A program made the translations under genes and the position numbers. Shown piece after piece: positions 10,306 to 20,395 of a stretch of DNA of 64,000 bases. The notes beneath the pieces are model-generated. The model saw only the letters and a list, made by a program, of their open reading frames with translations. It was not told the origin of the DNA and did no database searches. The DNA is from Abditibacterium sp. (GTDB taxonomy: Bacteria > Armatimonadota > Abditibacteriia > Abditibacteriales > Abditibacteriaceae), in NCBI GenBank assembly GCA_965199495.1, contig CBDASK010000003.1:2464001-2528000 (forward strand), written 5' to 3'. Each line of letters starts with the position of its first letter. Positions within the stretch are counted from its first letter, which is position 1.

Positions 10306-10314
10306 TGCTATAAT
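10306..10314 (+). promoter_or_regulatory. Extended -10 promoter element
   Basis: TGCTATAAT 14 nt upstream of ATG 10329. Confidence 0.55.
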
Positions 10315-10328
10315 GAAAGTCAAATTAT

Positions 10329-11813
10329 ATGAATTTTGCTCATTGGACGACGCCCCAACGCGAATTGTGGGCGCGTTTGCAAGCCTTCGATTTGGACGAA
10401 CCCGGCGCCTCGCTCGATTTCTCGCGGCGTCTGGCGCGCGAAAACGGTTGGACGCACCCATTCGCCAAACGCGTCGTCGAGGAATACAAACGTTTCTTAT
10501 TTCTGGCGATGAGCGCCGGGCATCCGGTCACGCCGTCGGACGAGGTTGATCAGGCGTGGCATCTGCATTTGGTTTATACGCGTTCTTATTGGGACGAATT
10601 GTGCGCCGACGTTTTGTGCGCGCCGTTGCATCACGGGCCGACGCGCGGCGGCGCGCGCGAGGGCGCCAAGTTCGGCGAGTGGTATGCCAAAACTCTGGCC
10701 AGTTACGCGCGTTTTTTCGGCGCCGACGCGCCCGCCGAGGTTTGGCCCGACGCGCAGACGCGCTTTGGCGAAACGACGCATTTTCGGCGCATCAACGCGC
10801 GGCGCCATTGGATCGTCGAAAAGCCGCGTTTGCAATGGCGCGCGCATTTCTCGCCCGCGCTGTTAGTCGTGTTGGCTTTGCTCGGAGCGGGCGGTGTGGC
10901 CTGGGGCGCGCAGTTGGGTTGGAACGTGTGGAATTGGTATGGCCCTGAGTTTCTGACGCTGTTCTGGCTGCTCACTTTCGCCGGTTTTGCGGGCATAATT
11001 TGGGCGCATCGAACGTGGAATGTACCCCACGACGAGCAGTTGCCGCTGCAAAAATTGGACGCTTATTCCATCGCCCGTTTGAGCGACGAAGGCGAGAATT
11101 TGCCGATTGATGCGGCGCTGGCTCACATGATTCAAGATGGACGCATTGGTGTCGAAAGCAATGGCGTCGTTAGCCGAATTGGAGCGATGCCAACAGATGA
11201 TTGGGAACGTTTGGTGTGGGACAAAATCGGCGTTGGCACGCGACAAATCGCGATGTTGCGCGCGGAACTCAAACCCTCGTTAAACCGCTTCGATGGCGAA
11301 TTGGAACGTTTGGGATTGTTTATCGCGCCCGCAGCGCGCGCGCAAATTGGGACGATTTCGGTGATGGTGCCGACGCTTTTGCTGATGCTGGGCGGCTCGA
11401 AAATTTTGGTTGGATTAAGTCGCGGGCGCCCGGTCGGATTTCTCCTCATTTCGTGCGTCCTCGTTTTGGTCGCGATGGCAATCGCGTGGAGCAATGTTCC
11501 GCGCCGCAGTCGGCGCGGTGACGCGTTTCTCGAACGTTTACGCGCCACACACCGGCGCGGCAGTTTGAGTTTGCCGCCGCTTTCCGATACGGCGCCAGCC
11601 AACGATGCAGCCACGGCGAGCGCGTTGGTTCTGGGCATGGCGTTGTGGGGCGCGAATGAAATGGACGCGTTCGGTCTGGGGCAGCAACGCCGCCTGATGC
11701 AGCCACCGCCCGCCAGTAGCGGCGGAAGTAGCGACGGCGGTTGCAGTTCCGATAGCGGCGGGTGTGGCGGTGGAGGATGTGGCGGCGGCGGGTGCGGAGG
11801 TTGTGGCAGTTGA
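10329..11813 (+). CDS. GRDP-like (DUF1399-type) domain fused to TIGR04222-type membrane domain with Gly/Cys-rich tail
   Basis: EYKRFLFL..TPSDEVDQAWHLH..YTRSY; GPEFL; KILVGLSRGRPVGFL; tail GGCGGGGCGGGGCGGCGS. Confidence 0.8.
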   Translation: MNFAHWTTPQRELWARLQAFDLDEPGASLDFSRRLARENGWTHPFAKRVVEEYKRFLFLAMSAGHPVTPSDEVDQAWHLHLVYTRSYWDELCADVLCAPLHHGPTRGGAREGAKFGEWYAKTLASYARFFGADAPAEVWPDAQTRFGETTHFRRINARRHWIVEKPRLQWRAHFSPALLVVLALLGAGGVAWGAQLGWNVWNWYGPEFLTLFWLLTFAGFAGIIWAHRTWNVPHDEQLPLQKLDAYSIARLSDEGENLPIDAALAHMIQDGRIGVESNGVVSRIGAMPTDDWERLVWDKIGVGTRQIAMLRAELKPSLNRFDGELERLGLFIAPAARAQIGTISVMVPTLLLMLGGSKILVGLSRGRPVGFLLISCVLVLVAMAIAWSNVPRRSRRGDAFLERLRATHRRGSLSLPPLSDTAPANDAATASALVLGMALWGANEMDAFGLGQQRRLMQPPPASSGGSSDGGCSSDSGGCGGGGCGGGGCGGCGS

Positions 11814-11829
11814 CGCGCTTTTCCAAATC

Positions 11830-12540
11830 ATGAAAAATTTTTTCAAACCCGTGGTTTTAGTTGCCCTTTTCCCCATACTCCACGGTTGCACGCGAACGCA
11901 AGCCGAAATCGGCCAAACCGCAGACGCAATCCCGCAAACCGTCGCGCAGCAAAAACCAGTGCCGACTGCGACGCCGATGAATCCGTGGGAAGAATCGGCG
12001 GTGCGTCGCGTCAACGTCCAAAATCCCATCGCCGCCAAAATCGTCAAAGCCGCGCGCGCGCAGGAAAGCGATAATTACGATCCGTCCTATCAATCCATCA
12101 AATACCCCGGCGGCGACGTGGCTGCGGGGCGCGGCGCCTGCACCGATGTCGTCATTCGCGCTTTGAGAGGCGCCAATATTGACCTGCAAAAGTTGGTTCA
12201 CGAAGACATGAAACGCAATTTTCGCGCTTACGGCGATCATTGGGGTTTGGGCCACACCGACAAAAATATTGACCATCGCCGCGTGCCCAATCTGATGATA
12301 TTTTTCGCGCGTCACGGCAAAACTCTGTCGCTTTCGACCGATAAAGCTAACCTGAAAAATTGGCAGCCGGGCGATATTATTTGCTGGAAATTGCCGGGCA
12401 ATCTCAATCATATCGGCGTCGTTTCCAACGGCATCGGCGCGCGTGGTTTGCCGCTCGTGATTCATAATGCACAGCAGTGCATCGAGCAGGATTATTTGGA
12501 CGAATGGCCGATTACAGGTCATTATCGATATCCCAAATAA
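11830..12540 (+). CDS. DUF1287 (YijF-like) lipoprotein
   Basis: Lipobox LHGC; YDPSY..YPGGDV..GACTDVVIRALR..DLQKLVHEDM..NIDHRRVPNL..WQPGDI..HIG. Confidence 0.9.
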   Translation: MKNFFKPVVLVALFPILHGCTRTQAEIGQTADAIPQTVAQQKPVPTATPMNPWEESAVRRVNVQNPIAAKIVKAARAQESDNYDPSYQSIKYPGGDVAAGRGACTDVVIRALRGANIDLQKLVHEDMKRNFRAYGDHWGLGHTDKNIDHRRVPNLMIFFARHGKTLSLSTDKANLKNWQPGDIICWKLPGNLNHIGVVSNGIGARGLPLVIHNAQQCIEQDYLDEWPITGHYRYPK

Positions 12541-12576
12541 TTCGTTATTACGCACAAGAAGAACACAAAAGACACA

Positions 12577-13071
12577 CTACTCTTTCAGCGGTCGCCACTT
12601 GCCGTCCGCTTGTTTGCGCCAGCCAAATGTGTAGTCCTCATGCAAATCTCGTTCAGTATCATAGGCAATACGTTGTTGAGCAGTCACTAACGCAGAGGAT
12701 TCGCCCGCTTTATCCGCACGAGGCCGCAAAACGTTCCACACCTGATCCACTTCTTTCTTTAAAGCCTTTAAGTCGGTTTTGGGCAAATCCGTGATATAGG
12801 TAAACCTCAACGCGGGCGGTTCAGTGCTATTTTCGTTGAAAATTACGAGCGCAGTTCTGAGTAGAGTGAGCTGCTTCCCAGACGCGATTTTGATTTTTTC
12901 CAACTTCTCTATTTTTGTGTCCAACTCTTTTTGATCGATAACTTTCAGCTCATCAGTCGAAATCTTGGCGTAAAAGTTGGCGTGACATCCGCCGAGAATT
13001 ACCGATATTAAAGCGCAAGTCAAAGGCTTTGTGACGGATGAAATTCTCTTCAGAATTTGTGCAAGATTCAT
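12577..13071 (-). CDS. Hypothetical lipoprotein in a visibly lower-GC stretch
   Basis: 164-aa ORF, hydrophobic N-terminus with LGGC lipobox-like motif. Confidence 0.6.
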   Translation of the reverse strand: MNLAQILKRISSVTKPLTCALISVILGGCHANFYAKISTDELKVIDQKELDTKIEKLEKIKIASGKQLTLLRTALVIFNENSTEPPALRFTYITDLPKTDLKALKKEVDQVWNVLRPRADKAGESSALVTAQQRIAYDTERDLHEDYTFGWRKQADGKWRPLKE

Positions 13072-13277
13072 GATGGCCTTTGACTATAAATGCTCTCTCA
13101 CATTTTAATTCCCGTTGAGGATAAAGTCAATTAGCGTTACCTTATGCTGTTCTTGCGCAGTAATCAAAAGTGTTATCGAGAGGAAATAAATACGTGCTTT
13201 CAAGCTGAGTCGGCACCAAAACGCGCCGGGCGCGTCTGAGTTTGCTAACCTTTGGAAGCGTAAAAGGGAATTAAAAT

Positions 13278-14633
13278 ATGGCAATGTTTGGCGAAGACCG
13301 CGAAAATTTGCGGTGCTCTTTCTGTGGCAAGCGCCGCGAACAAGTGAACAACTTAATCGCGGGCGCGGGCGTTTATATCTGCAACGAATGCGTCGAGTTG
13401 TGCAATGGCATTCTCACCAAAGAGGGCGGCCCCGAAATCGTCGAAGACGACGATTTGCCTTTGGGCACGATGGGCGGCTTGCCCAAACCCCGCGAAATCT
13501 TCGATGTTTTGGGACAATACGTGATCGGCCAAGAACGCGCCAAGCGTTTATTGTCGGTCGCGGTTTATAACCATTACAAGCGGCAGGCGATTCTGGAAAA
13601 CGGCCCGTCGCGCGATGGCGTCGAACTCGAAAAATCGAACATTTTGCTGATCGGCCCGACTGGTTCCGGCAAAACGTTGTTGGCGCGCAGTCTGGCGCGC
13701 ATCATGGATGTGCCGTTTTGCATTGCCGACGCGACTTCTTTGACCGAAGCCGGTTATGTCGGCGAAGATGTCGAATCCATTTTGGTGCGTTTGTATCAGG
13801 CCGCCGATGGCGATATTGAGGCGGCGCAGCGCGGCATCGTTTTCATTGACGAAATTGACAAAATCAATCGGAAAAGTGACAATCCGTCCATCACGCGCGA
13901 CGTTTCGGGCGAAGGCGTGCAGCAGGGATTGTTGAAGATTTTGGAAGGCACGGTCGCGACCTTTCCACCGCAAGGCGGGCGCAAACATCCGCAGGGCGAA
14001 AATCAGGTCAATCTCGATACGAGCGGGATTCTGTTTATTTGTAGCGGCGCTTTCGAGGGTTTGGAAGCGGTTATCGAGCGTCGCGTGCGTTCTTCGAGTC
14101 TGGGCTTTCGCGCCAAGCCGGAAGGCAAAATCGAGGATTCGATGGAGCGCGCCAAGCTGTTCGCCCAAGCCACGCCGGACGACTTGATGAAATTCGGCTT
14201 CATTCCCGAATTTATCGGACGTTTGCCGGTTTTGGCCACGCTCGATCCATTATCGGAAGAAGCGATGATTTCGATTTTGACTGAGCCGAAAAACTCGCTG
14301 GTCAAGCAATACTCGAAAATGCTGCTGGCCGATGGCGTTGACCTGAAATTCACCGAAGGCGCTTTGAAAGCCATCGCGCACGAAGCGATGTCGCGCCGGA
14401 CGGGCGCGCGCGCTTTGCGTTCGATTTTGGAAGACACCATGACCGGCGTAATGTTCGACGTGCCCAGCCAAAAAGGCATTGCGCAGTGCGTGATTGACGC
14501 GGAAAACATCATCGAAAAAACCGAGCCGAAACTGATTTCGCGCGAGCAAATTTTGGCCGAAACGCGCGAACGCATGCGCGCAGAACGCGCGACGGACGAC
14601 GAGGAAACTCGGCCCGATTTGGAAGTCGCTTAA
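13278..14633 (+). CDS. clpX: ATP-dependent Clp protease ATP-binding subunit ClpX
   Basis: [14 protein letters not shown] zinc finger, [17 protein letters not shown] loop, LGF loop, GARALR. Confidence 0.98.
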   Translation: MAMFGEDRENLRCSFCGKRREQVNNLIAGAGVYICNECVELCNGILTKEGGPEIVEDDDLPLGTMGGLPKPREIFDVLGQYVIGQERAKRLLSVAVYNHYKRQAILENGPSRDGVELEKSNILLIGPTGSGKTLLARSLARIMDVPFCIADATSLTEAGYVGEDVESILVRLYQAADGDIEAAQRGIVFIDEIDKINRKSDNPSITRDVSGEGVQQGLLKILEGTVATFPPQGGRKHPQGENQVNLDTSGILFICSGAFEGLEAVIERRVRSSSLGFRAKPEGKIEDSMERAKLFAQATPDDLMKFGFIPEFIGRLPVLATLDPLSEEAMISILTEPKNSLVKQYSKMLLADGVDLKFTEGALKAIAHEAMSRRTGARALRSILEDTMTGVMFDVPSQKGIAQCVIDAENIIEKTEPKLISREQILAETRERMRAERATDDEETRPDLEVA

Positions 14634-14635
14634 AC

Positions 14636-14670
14636 AAAACGCCGCGAATCGAATGATTCGCGGCGTTTTT
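14636..14670 (+). terminator. Intrinsic terminator after clpX
   Basis: AAAACGCCGCGAATC-GAAT-GATTCGCGGCGTTTTT. Confidence 0.85.
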
Positions 14671-14720
14671 ATATTGAGATAATGCGATAACGTTTCATAA
14701 TGTGAAGGCTATATGAAAGC

Positions 14721-14923
14721 GGGGTTTGCGCTCAGGGCAAAGGCACACCAAATTGAGCGTGAAATGTAGGGTCACCGGCTTGCCGTGACCGCAAACGTCA
14801 ATTGAATTTGTTGCCTGACAAGAGCTTGATCGACCTGAAGCCGTGACGTTTGCGGTCACGGCAAGCCGGTGACCCTACATTTCACGCTCAATTTGGTGTG
14901 CCTTTGCCTTGGGGTTTGCGCTC
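14721..14923. repeat. MITE/REPIN-like element with GTAG-type REP cores and flanking 13-bp direct repeat
   Basis: Perfect 65-bp IR (14736-14800 / 14844-14908) containing GTAGGGTCACCGGCTTGCCGTGACC; GGGGTTTGCGCTC at 14721-14733 and 14911-14923. Confidence 0.85.
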
Positions 14924-15018
14924 TCTTTCAATCGGGACGTGAGGGAAAACCACGATAAGAACAGGAAGTAAGTCTCGCTAATTGACGTGGCTGGCGAGTT
15001 ATGCAAGAAGCCTAAAAC

Positions 15019-15051
15019 AAAAAAGACCGCAGCGTTTGCTGCGGCCTTTTT
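15019..15051 (-). terminator. Intrinsic terminator after recA
   Basis: AAAAAAGACCGCAGC-GTTT-GCTGCGGCCTTTTT, 10 nt past the recA stop. Confidence 0.8.
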
Positions 15052-15060
15052 GGATAAATT

Positions 15061-16170
15061 CTACTCTTCGTCATCCAAATCTTCGTCCACTTCCGGCACT
15101 TCGGCAGTTGGGTCAACCGGGTCGGTTTCCTCGACCGGGCCGTCCAGGCCCATCGCCACGCGGACTTTGGCTTCGATGATGTCGGCTTCTTCGGGATGTT
15201 CCTGCAAATAGGCGCGCGCCGAATCGCGGCCCTGAAAGCGTTCTTCGCCGATGGTGAACCAGGCGCCACCTTTTTGCACGGCGCCCACGCGCACGCCCAA
15301 ATCCAAGATATCGCCGTATTTGTTGATGCCCTTGCCAAAAATTACGTCGAACTCGGCGTCTCGAAACGGCGGCGCGATTTTGTTCTTGGGAATCGAAACT
15401 TTGGTGCGGCTGCCGATCTGAACCGTGCCGTCCTTAATCGCCTCGCCGCGCGAAACGCGCATACGAACCGACGCGAAAAACTTCAGCGCGCGTCCGCCGG
15501 GCGTGGTTTCGGGCGAGCCATACATCACACCGATTTTCTCGCGAATCTGGTTGATGAAAATCACCGTCGTGCCCGCGCGGCCCGCCGTCGAAGCCAGTTT
15601 GCGACACCCTTGGCTCATCATACGCGCCATCGTGCCGACCTGCAAATCGCCCATTTCGCCCTCGACTTCGGCGCGTGGTACCAGCGCCGCGACCGAGTCA
15701 ATCACGATCAAATCAATGGCGCCCGAACGAATCAGCGTGTCGGCGATTTCCAACGCCTGTTCGCCGTTGTCGGGTTGCGAAATATACAAATTGTCAATAT
15801 CAACGCCCAAAGTCTGTGCGTAAGTCGGATCGAGCGCGTGTTCGGCATCAATAAAGGCCGCAATGCCGCCTTTCTTCTGACATTCGGCGACGCAGTGCAA
15901 GGTCAGCGTCGTTTTGCCGCCGCCCTCGGCGCCGAAAATTTCGACTAAACGGCCTTTGGGCAAGCCGCCGCCCAGAGCCACGTCGAGCGACAGGCTGCCC
16001 GTCGGCGTCGTGTCCACTTTCATGTGCGCGCGCTCGCCCAGACGCATGATGGAGCCTTTGCCAAACGTCTTTTCCATGCGCGAAACCGCTTCGGAGAGCG
16101 ATTTCTGTTTGTCCGTCACTTTGCCGTCCATGATCGGCACCATCTTAGTTGATTCGGTTGATTTAGCCAT
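15061..16170 (-). CDS. recA: Recombinase A
   Basis: [17 protein letters not shown], Walker [54 protein letters not shown]; start at MAKSTE. Confidence 0.98.
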   Translation of the reverse strand: MAKSTESTKMVPIMDGKVTDKQKSLSEAVSRMEKTFGKGSIMRLGERAHMKVDTTPTGSLSLDVALGGGLPKGRLVEIFGAEGGGKTTLTLHCVAECQKKGGIAAFIDAEHALDPTYAQTLGVDIDNLYISQPDNGEQALEIADTLIRSGAIDLIVIDSVAALVPRAEVEGEMGDLQVGTMARMMSQGCRKLASTAGRAGTTVIFINQIREKIGVMYGSPETTPGGRALKFFASVRMRVSRGEAIKDGTVQIGSRTKVSIPKNKIAPPFRDAEFDVIFGKGINKYGDILDLGVRVGAVQKGGAWFTIGEERFQGRDSARAYLQEHPEEADIIEAKVRVAMGLDGPVEETDPVDPTAEVPEVDEDLDDEE

Positions 16171-16447
16171 AGTTTTTCTCGTTAATTTCTCAGCCGCGAG
16201 CACGCTTTTAACGCCCCTCATTCGCTGGCATTCTTGACGCATTAGAGCAGTCTTCGTTGCCTCCAATGTTTTCACTTTATCGAATGACACCGAGATTTTA
16301 CCGCGTATTCAATGAAAGCGCAAGGGGCGAATCTCACATTGGCGAAAAAGTGAATGGCCGGAGGTTTGATATTTCGATTTTAACCGATAATTGGCTTTGG
16401 CTTTGGCGCGGGAATGCCCTGTTTTACCGGCCAATCACGCGGCGATT

Positions 16448-16456
16448 TGCTATAAT
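16448..16456 (+). promoter_or_regulatory. Extended -10 promoter element
   Basis: TGCTATAAT 13 nt upstream of ATG 16470. Confidence 0.55.
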
Positions 16457-16469
16457 CAAGGGCAAACTT

Positions 16470-17882
16470 ATGATTCACATCTCTCAATGGTGGGCGCAAA
16501 ACTCGAACGGCAAGACGTGGCTGGCGGCGGGAGAGGACGCTTCGCTCCAAAAAATTGGCGAATTCGATTTGAGCGAGTTTTCGATTCTCGCGCTCGATGG
16601 CGCCATCGAAACCTTCGAACGCGCCGACGTGGCTGCGACGCTCGATTTGGAAAATGTCAGGGCGAACGGCGAGGCGATGGATGCGCGCGCCCAATTCGTG
16701 TTGTTGCCGCGCTACGCCAACTTAAATGGGCAACTTCAGACCAAACCGCTGGAAGCGTTTTTTGGCGATTTCCCCTTGCTCAAAAAGTGGGACGACGCGA
16801 ACCGTTTGTTGGTGTGCGATCTTTCGACGGCCCCAGCCTCGACCGCAGCCACGGCGGGCGAGACGATTTTTCACGCCGGGCCAAACGCGGCGGAAACGAT
16901 GATCGGGGTTTTGGCGCAACTGGGGCAGAAAAAATTTCGCACGATAGGATTAGATTTCCGCTTGCGTTCGGCGCCCGCCGAAGGCGCCGTGGCTCTGCCG
17001 TTGGGGCGCGGCACCGGCGAAGTGATTCTGCGGCACGATTTGGATTTGCTGCCGTTGGGCGCGCCGGGGCCGATTCGGATTTTCGTGGGCACCGACATTT
17101 CGCAGATGATCGGCGCCAAAGTTTTGCATTACAGCCTGCAAACTCACACCCCGATGACGGCGATTTTCGATTTGATGCAGGACGTGAATCCGCCCACGCC
17201 CACAGACAAAAAGAACTGGGCGCGCACCGAATTTTCGTTTCGCCGCTTCGCTATTCCTTCCAAGGCCGGTTATCAGGGACGCGGCGTTTATCTCGACGCC
17301 GATATGCAGGTTTTTCAGGATTTTCGCGAACTCTGGGACGCGCCGTTCGAGGGCGCGACCGTTTTGAGCGCGCCCTCGTCCAGTCCCACGCGCAAAGCCC
17401 AATACGCGATGATGCTGCTCGACTGCGCCCGCTTGAAATGGGACGTTGACGAGATTATCGCCGGTTTGGACGAGGAACGCTACGATTACCAGCAACTGGT
17501 CGGCGAATTGTGCATCGTGCCGCCCGAACAGACGCGCCAGAGCATTTCGTCCGATTGGAACTCGATGGAAGAGTTTACCGAGGGCAAAACGCGATTGATT
17601 CATTATACCGACTTGAATAAGCAGCCCTGGGTTTCGGCGCGCAACCCCAACGGCAATTTATGGGTGGACGAACTGGTGCGCGCGATGAAAGACGGCTTCG
17701 TTTCGCAGGGCGAAGTGGACGAGGCGATCAAAAACGGTTTCGCGCGCCCTTCGCTGGCGCGCCAAATCGCGACGCCGCGCGCTCTGTGGCCGATGTTCAA
17801 ATCTGCCGCGCGCCTTTTGGATCGCGGTTACAGACCGCACGCCGCCATCAACGCGCGCCTCTACCAGAAGACGCCCGCGTAA
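16470..17882 (+). CDS. Two-domain glycosyltransferase: N-terminal Rossmann-like domain plus GT-A (GT8-like) domain
   Basis: IRIFVG..TEFSFRRFAIP..GRGVYLDADM (DxD)..WNSME..LIHYT..QPW. Confidence 0.75.
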   Translation: MIHISQWWAQNSNGKTWLAAGEDASLQKIGEFDLSEFSILALDGAIETFERADVAATLDLENVRANGEAMDARAQFVLLPRYANLNGQLQTKPLEAFFGDFPLLKKWDDANRLLVCDLSTAPASTAATAGETIFHAGPNAAETMIGVLAQLGQKKFRTIGLDFRLRSAPAEGAVALPLGRGTGEVILRHDLDLLPLGAPGPIRIFVGTDISQMIGAKVLHYSLQTHTPMTAIFDLMQDVNPPTPTDKKNWARTEFSFRRFAIPSKAGYQGRGVYLDADMQVFQDFRELWDAPFEGATVLSAPSSSPTRKAQYAMMLLDCARLKWDVDEIIAGLDEERYDYQQLVGELCIVPPEQTRQSISSDWNSMEEFTEGKTRLIHYTDLNKQPWVSARNPNGNLWVDELVRAMKDGFVSQGEVDEAIKNGFARPSLARQIATPRALWPMFKSAARLLDRGYRPHAAINARLYQKTPA

Positions 17883-17973
17883 TTTTATTCGCGTTCTGAA
17901 ATGGAAATTACTCGCGCCCAAAGCCTGAATTAAGCGTGAAATAACCGGTGATTGCGCGCGAGTGCGCTTTGAG

Positions 17974-18999
17974 ATGACTTTATCGAATCCTAATCCGCGC
18001 ACAATTGGCGTTATTAATTACCGGCACATGGGCGATGTGTTGTGTTCGTTTCCGGCGCTCTTGGCGCTGCGAACCCGGTGGCCCGAAGCCAAAATCGTGG
18101 TTTTGGCGGCGCCGCTGGGTTGCGCATTATTGCCGGGTTGCGGGCTGAGTGACGTGACGGTCGCGATTTCGCGCGACTGGCGTGGTTTGGTGACGGGCGT
18201 GCGCGCTTTGCGGCGCGAGCGCGCAGATTTGGTGATTTGCCTGCAAAACTCGCGGCGCCTGCGCACAATGTCGCGCTTATCGGGCGCGCGCGATCGCGTC
18301 GGGTTTGAGGGAGGCCGCAGCGAGAATTTTTTGACGCAAACCGTCGAGAAAGAAGGCCCGCCCTGGCTTTTTGACGATCTGCGTTTGGTCGAGGCGCTGG
18401 GTTGCGCGCCGGTTCAAAACGACATCGCCGGCTTATTGAATCTCAGCGACGCCGAGCGCACGCGCGCCGCGCAGTGGCTGCAAGAGCAGGGCGTGGGCGA
18501 AAACGAGCGTTTGATCGGCGTTAATCTGGGCGCCTCGGACGAGCGGCGCGTGTGGCCGCTGGAAAATTTCGCGCGCGTGGTGAACGCGCTGCAAGAGCAG
18601 GAGCGCGCGCGCGTCGTTTTGTTGGGCGGCCCCACCGATATAGCGCGCATTGAGGCGTTGCAACTGTTGCTCGCGCGGCGCGCCTTGCGGTGCGCGGGCG
18701 AGTTTTCGCCGCGCGAAACGGCGGCTTTGCTCGAACGTTGCGCGGTTTTGGTCACCAACGACAGCGGCCCGATGCACCTGTCTATCGCCGTCAAAACTCC
18801 GGTCGTAGGCTTGTTTGGGCCGGTCGCCGCCGCGCACCGTCTGCCGCCGGGATACGGCCACATCGGTTTGGAACACAACGCGCCATGCCGCGCCGTGCGC
18901 CCGTTCGGTTGCGTCGAAGAACGCACTTGCGCGCTCTGCCATTGTTTGCTCGCCATCACGCCCGATGAGGTCGTGGAAGCGGCGCTTTCGCGGTTGTAA
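17974..18999 (+). CDS. Glycosyltransferase family 9 (heptosyltransferase-like)
   Basis: HMGDV, RVWP, LLGGP, VTNDSGPMHL, LFGP, Cys-rich C-terminus. Confidence 0.9.
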   Translation: MTLSNPNPRTIGVINYRHMGDVLCSFPALLALRTRWPEAKIVVLAAPLGCALLPGCGLSDVTVAISRDWRGLVTGVRALRRERADLVICLQNSRRLRTMSRLSGARDRVGFEGGRSENFLTQTVEKEGPPWLFDDLRLVEALGCAPVQNDIAGLLNLSDAERTRAAQWLQEQGVGENERLIGVNLGASDERRVWPLENFARVVNALQEQERARVVLLGGPTDIARIEALQLLLARRALRCAGEFSPRETAALLERCAVLVTNDSGPMHLSIAVKTPVVGLFGPVAAAHRLPPGYGHIGLEHNAPCRAVRPFGCVEERTCALCHCLLAITPDEVVEAALSRL

Positions 19000-19009
19000 A
19001 TGTGCCGCA

Positions 19010-20395
19010 TCAACCTGATTGGCGCGCATCCGCCGCGTCTACGGCGTCCACTAAAATTTGCAGCGTGCGCGCAAAAGCTTGGTTTTGCGCGGCGAGCAAA
19101 GCATCGGCTTTCTCGCCCAACGCGCGGCGCAAGTCGGGCGAATCGAGCAGCCACGTCCAGTGCGCGGCCAACTCGGCGGGCGTGTGAACGCGAAAACCCA
19201 CGCCCGCCGCTTCGCACAGATTTTGCTCGACCGCGAAGTTGCCGCTTTTGGGGCCGTAAGCCACGGGCTTCGACCAGACCAACGGTTCGGTGACGTTTTG
19301 CGAGCCTGAAAAGATCGAGCCGCCCACGAAAATGCCGCTGGCCCACCGGTAAACCGTCAACAATTCGCCCAGAGTATCGAGCAGCAAAATATCAATGCTT
19401 GCGCCCGAACGTTCTTGGTGCATTTGTGAGCGGCGCGCGAGGCGCAATCCGCGTTGTTCCACCAACTGCGCGATTTCGTCGGCGCGTTTGGGGCGGCGCG
19501 GCGCCAACAGCAAAACCGGTGGCGGCCCCTCGTGACTCCAGTTCTCGCGGACGATTTGAAAGGCTTCCAACACCCAATTCTCTTCGTCAGGGTGCGTGCT
19601 GCCCGCGACCAAAAGTGGGGCAGCGCCCGCGTTGGTTTCGATCCAGACGCGCAAACTCGCTTCTTTGGCGGCGTCGAAAGGAGGGCGCTGGTGAGGAAAT
19701 TTGATGCTGCCGACGACGTGAGACTGCGCCGTCGCGGGCGCCAGATTCTCTACGTTTGGCAGATAATCCGGCGTCGTGAGCGTAATTGCGCGCAGACCGC
19801 GCAACTGCCAACGCTTGAACTTAACGCTTGGCGAAGAGCCTTCGTTGGCTCGCTTGATGCTCAGGCGCGCGTGAACGATGACGAAAGGCACGCGCTGCAC
19901 CCATAAGCTGCGGATGAGCGCGGAATAATTAAATTTCTCGTAAAACACCACCAAATCGGGGCGCGCGCGCGCGTGCCAGCGCGCCACGGCCCACACGTTA
20001 TCAAACGGCTTGGGCAAAACTTCTTCGTCGGTTAATCGAGACGCGGTTTCAATGGCTTCGCGCTCCATGACCGTGAAGACCAGACGGGCATCAGGGCGCG
20101 CCTGGCGTAGCGCGCGCGCAAGCGGCGCGATGGTGGCGACTTCGCCCCAACCATCGGCGATAATCGCGACGCGTGGCCCCTTTTTACTGTTTTCTCTCTC
20201 TGAGAGCGACGGCGTGGCTGCTTCGGGGAAATCAATGCTCCAGCGCGCCGGATCGAACTCGAAAGTGAAACCGTGATGGCGCATTCGTCGCCACTTTCGC
20301 CATAGGAAAACGGGCGCGCCTATCAAGCAAGCCGCGCTGTAGGCCAGCAGCCCGCCGTCGCGCAAAAGCGCCGCTAAAATTTTGGCTGATTTCAT
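19010..20395 (-). CDS. Divergent Kdo transferase-like protein (WaaA/KdtA, GT30)
   Basis: PFD, GSIKF, AGSTHPDEE, LAPRRPKR, DTLGEL, FVGGS..NVTEP..GP; ATGA overlap with upstream GT9. Confidence 0.8.
   Translation of the reverse strand: MKSAKILAALLRDGGLLAYSAACLIGAPVFLWRKWRRMRHHGFTFEFDPARWSIDFPEAATPSLSERENSKKGPRVAIIADGWGEVATIAPLARALRQARPDARLVFTVMEREAIETASRLTDEEVLPKPFDNVWAVARWHARARPDLVVFYEKFNYSALIRSLWVQRVPFVIVHARLSIKRANEGSSPSVKFKRWQLRGLRAITLTTPDYLPNVENLAPATAQSHVVGSIKFPHQRPPFDAAKEASLRVWIETNAGAAPLLVAGSTHPDEENWVLEAFQIVRENWSHEGPPPVLLLAPRRPKRADEIAQLVEQRGLRLARRSQMHQERSGASIDILLLDTLGELLTVYRWASGIFVGGSIFSGSQNVTEPLVWSKPVAYGPKSGNFAVEQNLCEAAGVGFRVHTPAELAAHWTWLLDSPDLRRALGEKADALLAAQNQAFARTLQILVDAVDAADARQSG

Noticed and set aside
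16171..16290. N-terminal extensions in the ORF track for recA, and likewise for ORFs starting at 16257, 8324, 11764, 20521 and 43316
   Set aside because: Downstream ATGs fit family N-termini, promoter spacing or gene overlaps better.
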